Shown here one piece after another: positions 37,920-41,352 of a stretch of DNA of 41,352 nt; position 1 is the first letter of the stretch, and each line of letters begins with the position of its first letter. The position numbers were made by a program, and so were the translations under genes. This stretch comes from Nitrospinota bacterium. GTDB lineage: Bacteria > Nitrospinota > Nitrospinia > Nitrospinales > VA-1. Location of the stretch: NCBI GenBank assembly GCA_038108555.1, contig JAYNIA010000017.1, positions 1-41,352 of the forward strand, written 5' to 3'. Under the pieces are notes generated by a model, which saw only the letters and a program-made list of their open reading frames with translations, was not told where the DNA came from and ran no database searches.

Positions 37920-38471
37920 TTAATAACGGGGCAAAAGTTTGTTTGAAATATTCTTAAGTGTGGGAAAGTTTGCATCTCGGTTACGAATAATGGGTTCCTG
38001 GATCGGCCAATCAATATTCAACTCGGGGTCACACCACAACACCCCTCCCTCATCATCAGGATCGAAATAATCCGTGCATTTATATAAAATATCGGCTTTC
38101 TCACTCAACGTACAAAACCCGTGCGCAACACCCTCCGGCAAAAATAATTGCTGCGGACGAGACTCGGAAAGCCTGAAACCCAACCAATGGCCAAAGGTCG
38201 GCAAACCTTTTCTAAGGTCCACTCCGACATCAAATATTTCCCCTTTGACCACATAAACCAGATGTCCTTGAGGCTGATTTATCTGGTAGTGCATTCCCCT
38301 TAAAACATTTTTTGTGGAATGGGAATGATTGTCCTGCACAAATTCGACATCCAAACCATGCTCTTTATACCTTTCTTTTTGATAGCTTTCCAGAAAACTT
38401 CCTCGTGGATCCCTAAAAACATCCAAGTCAATGAGCATCATTCCTGGAATTTTTGTTTCATGAACTTTCAT
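37920..38471 (-). CDS. rmlC: dTDP-4-dehydrorhamnose 3,5-epimerase
   Basis: D.RG.F.E, FVQDNHS.S...VLRGMHYQ, G.I.DV.VDLR, AHGF and YKC..Y. Confidence 0.95.
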   Translation of the reverse strand: MKVHETKIPGMMLIDLDVFRDPRGSFLESYQKERYKEHGLDVEFVQDNHSHSTKNVLRGMHYQINQPQGHLVYVVKGEIFDVGVDLRKGLPTFGHWLGFRLSESRPQQLFLPEGVAHGFCTLSEKADILYKCTDYFDPDDEGGVLWCDPELNIDWPIQEPIIRNRDANFPTLKNISNKLLPRY

Positions 38472-38660
38472 ATTTTATGACACCCAAGAATACTGCCGCT
38501 TCTACAATCAATTGTGGCACTAGTTTATTTGAAACACACTCGCAAAAACATTGAGTGCAACCCTATCATATATTTCTCGAAAGGAAAAAAATTTACAAAA
38601 TATGGAAGGTAATTCAAAAACCGCAGAAATATTTGGAGAGGTTGCCGAATGCTCAGGAAA

Positions 38661-39422
38661 TTACATTTCTTCTGCTATAACAATTTTAAGCTTGGAGCGT
38701 AGTCGGTAAACTGCTTTGGAGTGGATTTGGGAGACACGGGACTCAGTAATTCCAAGAACTTCCCCAATCTCTTTCATGGTCAATTCTTCATAGTAGTAAA
38801 GTGAAATCATCAACCGCTCTTTTTCAGGAAGAGTATCAATTGCCTTGGCAATGATTTCCTTCAGTTCGTTCAGACGGAGGGAGGTTTGCGGGTCGGTATC
38901 CCCTTTTCCAGCCAGACAATCCAGGAGGCTTTGCTGCTCCCCGGATTCCTTGGCGATTCCCAGATCCTCCAGACTGAGTATGGGCATGCTTTTCGTTTCG
39001 TTCATGGTATTGAAAAGCTCATCCATGCTGACACCCATCTCACCGGCGACTTCATCGTCTTCCGGGGGACGTCCCAGTTGATTCTGAAGTTTTTGCACCA
39101 CACCATCCAAAGCGGATGCTTTCTGACGCACCGACCTGGGCACCCAGTCCATCGATCTCAATTCATCAAGAATCGCTCCACGCACTCGAAACTCAGCATA
39201 AGTTTTAAACTTGGCACCCCGAGAGGCATCGTATTTGTCAATGGCATCAATCAAACCCAGCACACCCACACTGATCAAATCGTCAACTTCAATATGGGGA
39301 GGAAGACGCATGGCTATGCGATTCGCCACATACTTGATCATCGGCGCATATTCCTTGATAACCGCTTCGCGGTTTTCCACCGAGATTTCGATCTGATTTA
39401 TTTCTTCGCCTTTAGTCGCCAT
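38661..39422 (-). CDS. fliA: RNA polymerase sigma factor FliA/WhiG (sigma28)
   Basis: DDLIS.G.LGLIDA, F.TYA..R.RGAILDELR..DWVPRS and LYYYEELT.KEIG.VLG.TESRVSQIH; downstream of flhF-flhG. Confidence 0.96.
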   Translation of the reverse strand: MATKGEEINQIEISVENREAVIKEYAPMIKYVANRIAMRLPPHIEVDDLISVGVLGLIDAIDKYDASRGAKFKTYAEFRVRGAILDELRSMDWVPRSVRQKASALDGVVQKLQNQLGRPPEDDEVAGEMGVSMDELFNTMNETKSMPILSLEDLGIAKESGEQQSLLDCLAGKGDTDPQTSLRLNELKEIIAKAIDTLPEKERLMISLYYYEELTMKEIGEVLGITESRVSQIHSKAVYRLRSKLKIVIAEEM

Positions 39423-39437
39423 TTTTAATTATTTTCG

Positions 39438-39692
39438 TCAAGCCGTTTGATCCAATTGAGTTCCTTTTTCACTATCTTCATGTTCCTCATCATCCATCAT
39501 ATCTTCTTCGTCTTCCTGCAACAACATGGCCCCGCTCAACCAAGCCAACCCCCCAAACAGCAGGGCTCCAACAATTCCTCGAATAAAACCCGTAAAAACG
39601 GTCGCTCCCATCAACATACTTCCTATGCATAAAATCCCGAATGACAACAGGCCAAAAGATGCCGCCAATTTCTGTATGTTTAAAGGGTTCAT
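39438..39692 (-). CDS. Small hypothetical membrane protein (two TM helices, acidic tail)
   Basis: Fills the flhG-fliA gap, overlaps the flhG stop by 4 nt, and has two hydrophobic segments followed by QEDEEDMMDDEEHEDSEKG..LD. Confidence 0.75.
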   Translation of the reverse strand: MNPLNIQKLAASFGLLSFGILCIGSMLMGATVFTGFIRGIVGALLFGGLAWLSGAMLLQEDEEDMMDDEEHEDSEKGTQLDQTA

Positions 39693-40552
39693 TGGGCTTG
39701 AAAAGCACTCCTCCAGAAATAAGGTTGATTGCCTTCATCGGATTTCGGTTTCTCTTTAGAAATTTTTTCCGCAAGATCGTTAATGCATCCGCTGAACTTT
39801 GAAAAAGGATAAAGTTCCAGAAAAGCTTTTTGTTGACGGATGGCTTTAGGAACATTCGTATCGTGTAAAATATGCCCTAGGTATTCAACGGAAACCCCTT
39901 TCAAAAAGCGGTCTGTCACTGCCGTCAAGTTTCGGTACACTCCCTGCGCTTCCCTTTCGGATGCAACCGAGTTGACGATCAATCTGAAATGTTTTTGTGA
40001 ATGGTTGTTATGAAGAATCTTCATCAACGCATAAACATCGGTCAATGAAGTGGGCTCTGTGGTGGCAATCAGAAAAGTTTCATGCGCTGCGCTACAGAAA
40101 AAAGTGACATTAGGCGAAATACCCGCACCGGTATCAAAAATCAGATAATCATAGTCACGGCTGACCCGGTCCAATTCATCCATCAGCACCATTTTCTTTT
40201 CCGTTTCCAGTTGCGTCAACTCCTGAAGTCCATCCCCTGCCGGTAAAACGTGGATTCCTTCAGGCCCCTGCAATAGGATATCTTCAACATTGGATTCGCC
40301 GGATAAAACATGGCCAATATGCTTTTTGGAAGCCAACCCCAATAGAATATCGATATTATTCAGTCCCAGGTCGGCATCGACCACGAGGACTTTTTTACCT
40401 CTTTTTGACAAAGCGTAGGAAAGGTTCGCAACGATGTTGGTTTTGCCAACACCTCCCTTACCACTGCTGACTGCAAGAACCCTCAAACCAGATTCGCTCA
40501 TATCACCGTATGTCATTCTTTTTAAAGTCGTTGCTTGCCCACCTAATATCAT
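39689..40552 (-). CDS. flhG: Flagellar number regulator FlhG (MinD/ParA-like ATPase)
   Basis: SGKGGVGKT, DADLGL.N.DI.LG, DTGAGIS and EPTS.TD.YA.MK; lies between flhF and fliA. Confidence 0.93.
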   Translation of the reverse strand: MILGGQATTLKRMTYGDMSESGLRVLAVSSGKGGVGKTNIVANLSYALSKRGKKVLVVDADLGLNNIDILLGLASKKHIGHVLSGESNVEDILLQGPEGIHVLPAGDGLQELTQLETEKKMVLMDELDRVSRDYDYLIFDTGAGISPNVTFFCSAAHETFLIATTEPTSLTDVYALMKILHNNHSQKHFRLIVNSVASEREAQGVYRNLTAVTDRFLKGVSVEYLGHILHDTNVPKAIRQQKAFLELYPFSKFSGCINDLAEKISKEKPKSDEGNQPYFWRSAFQAQ

Positions 40553-40578
40553 ATTCCAATCCTTAATTTATCTTGAAA

Positions 40579-41352
40579 TCAGTTAAAAATCAAACTTATT
40601 ACCTTATCCGGCGTTGCAATCTCGAGGTCTTCCGGCACGTTCTGTCCAACGGTAAAATAGGACAGAGGAATGCGACTTCGCACCGAAAAATTGAATAAAG
40701 AACCAAAACTCAATCCTTCATCCAACTTGGTGAAAAGCACCCGGTCCACCCCAAGAGGTGAAAACTGTTGAAAAGTCGTAGAAAACAGTTTCTCCTGAGC
40801 GGTCACACTAAGCACCAAATGGGTTTCCACTTCCCCCACAGTGCTGAAGATCTGCTTGAGCTGGCGGGAATAATCACCATCCCGGTGCGATCGTCCCGTC
40901 GTGTCGATCAAAATCAGGTCCTTATCGGAATGCCGGGTTACGATATCCCGCAGGTCGTCTTTTCCCTCAGCCACTTCCACCGGCAACTGCATGATGTCTC
41001 CATAAATCTGCAATTGATCCACCGCTCCCAACCGGTAAGTGTCCAGTGAAACTAAAGCTACTTTCTTGTTCTTACGAATCGAGTAGTCTGCGGCCACTTT
41101 GGCAAGGGTCGTTGTTTTACCAACACCCGTCGGCCCAACAAAAGCCACCAGCTTGGGACTCTCGGTATCCAATTTAATTTCCCCTTCAAAAGGAATGACC
41201 TTTTTCATCAGATCCATCGCCCGTAATTTTTCTTTTTGTGGATTCTCATCATCTCCCCCCTTGGCTTTCTTTAAGATTTTGGATGCGAGGTTTTCATCCA
41301 ATCCGTTTTCTACGAGATGAGAATAGGTTTCAAACTGGCTGGCCTTCAGTCC
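40579..41352 (-). CDS. flhF: Flagellar biosynthesis SRP-family GTPase FlhF (5' end outside window)
   Basis: GPTGVGKTTTLAK, DTYR.GA..QL, DTTGR, TKLDE and GQ.VPEDL. The frame stays open to the window edge (GLKASQFETYSHLVENG precedes the ORF-track start). Confidence 0.95.
   Translation of the reverse strand, partial: GLKASQFETYSHLVENGLDENLASKILKKAKGGDDENPQKEKLRAMDLMKKVIPFEGEIKLDTESPKLVAFVGPTGVGKTTTLAKVAADYSIRKNKKVALVSLDTYRLGAVDQLQIYGDIMQLPVEVAEGKDDLRDIVTRHSDKDLILIDTTGRSHRDGDYSRQLKQIFSTVGEVETHLVLSVTAQEKLFSTTFQQFSPLGVDRVLFTKLDEGLSFGSLFNFSVRSRIPLSYFTVGQNVPEDLEIATPDKVISLIFN

Noticed and set aside
38488..38500. AGCGGCAGTATT upstream of rmlC as an ops/JUMPstart element
   Set aside because: Only a loose match to GGCGGTAG, with no surrounding JUMPstart consensus.
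1..41352. tRNA/rRNA genes, CRISPR arrays, IS elements, integrases
   Set aside because: Intergenic gaps are all under about 310 nt and show no cloverleaf, repeat-spacer pattern or terminal inverted repeats; no transposase or integrase ORF is present.

Overview
Bacterial chromosomal segment with no rRNA, tRNA, CRISPR array or mobile element visible. Gene style suggests a Gram-negative, flagellated, Nitrospina/deltaproteobacteria-like organism; this is an inference I cannot confirm. (1) 1-13.8 kb is a minus-strand block, in transcription order: REC/degenerate HD-GYP regulator, motA (1-nt frameshift near its start), motB, ribD, ribE, ribBA, ribH, nusB, metallophosphoesterase, TPR-amidase, der, an EF-G2-type paralog, ihfA and a MerR-family regulator. 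(2) 14-26 kb is a mixed block: an NLR-like NACHT protein with a C-terminal FGE-sulfatase (SUMF1) domain, rhomboid, cinA, TPR protein, MFS transporter, a giant coiled-coil protein also ending in an FGE-sulfatase domain, tsaC, acpS, a lipid A acyltransferase and a double zinc-ribbon protein. (3) 26.4-38.5 kb is a sugar-tailoring island: three methyltransferases including a TcaB9/KijD1-like C-methyltransferase, two DegT aminotransferases, an acetyltransferase, two SDR epimerases, RmlC, an FAD oxidoreductase and a GT-C-like membrane protein. (4) 38.7-41.35 kb holds flhF (partial), flhG, a small membrane gene and fliA. The best novelty candidates are the pair of non-catalytic FGE-domain proteins, the apparently inactive HD-GYP regulator 4 nt upstream of motAB, and the branched amino-sugar pathway downstream of fliA.
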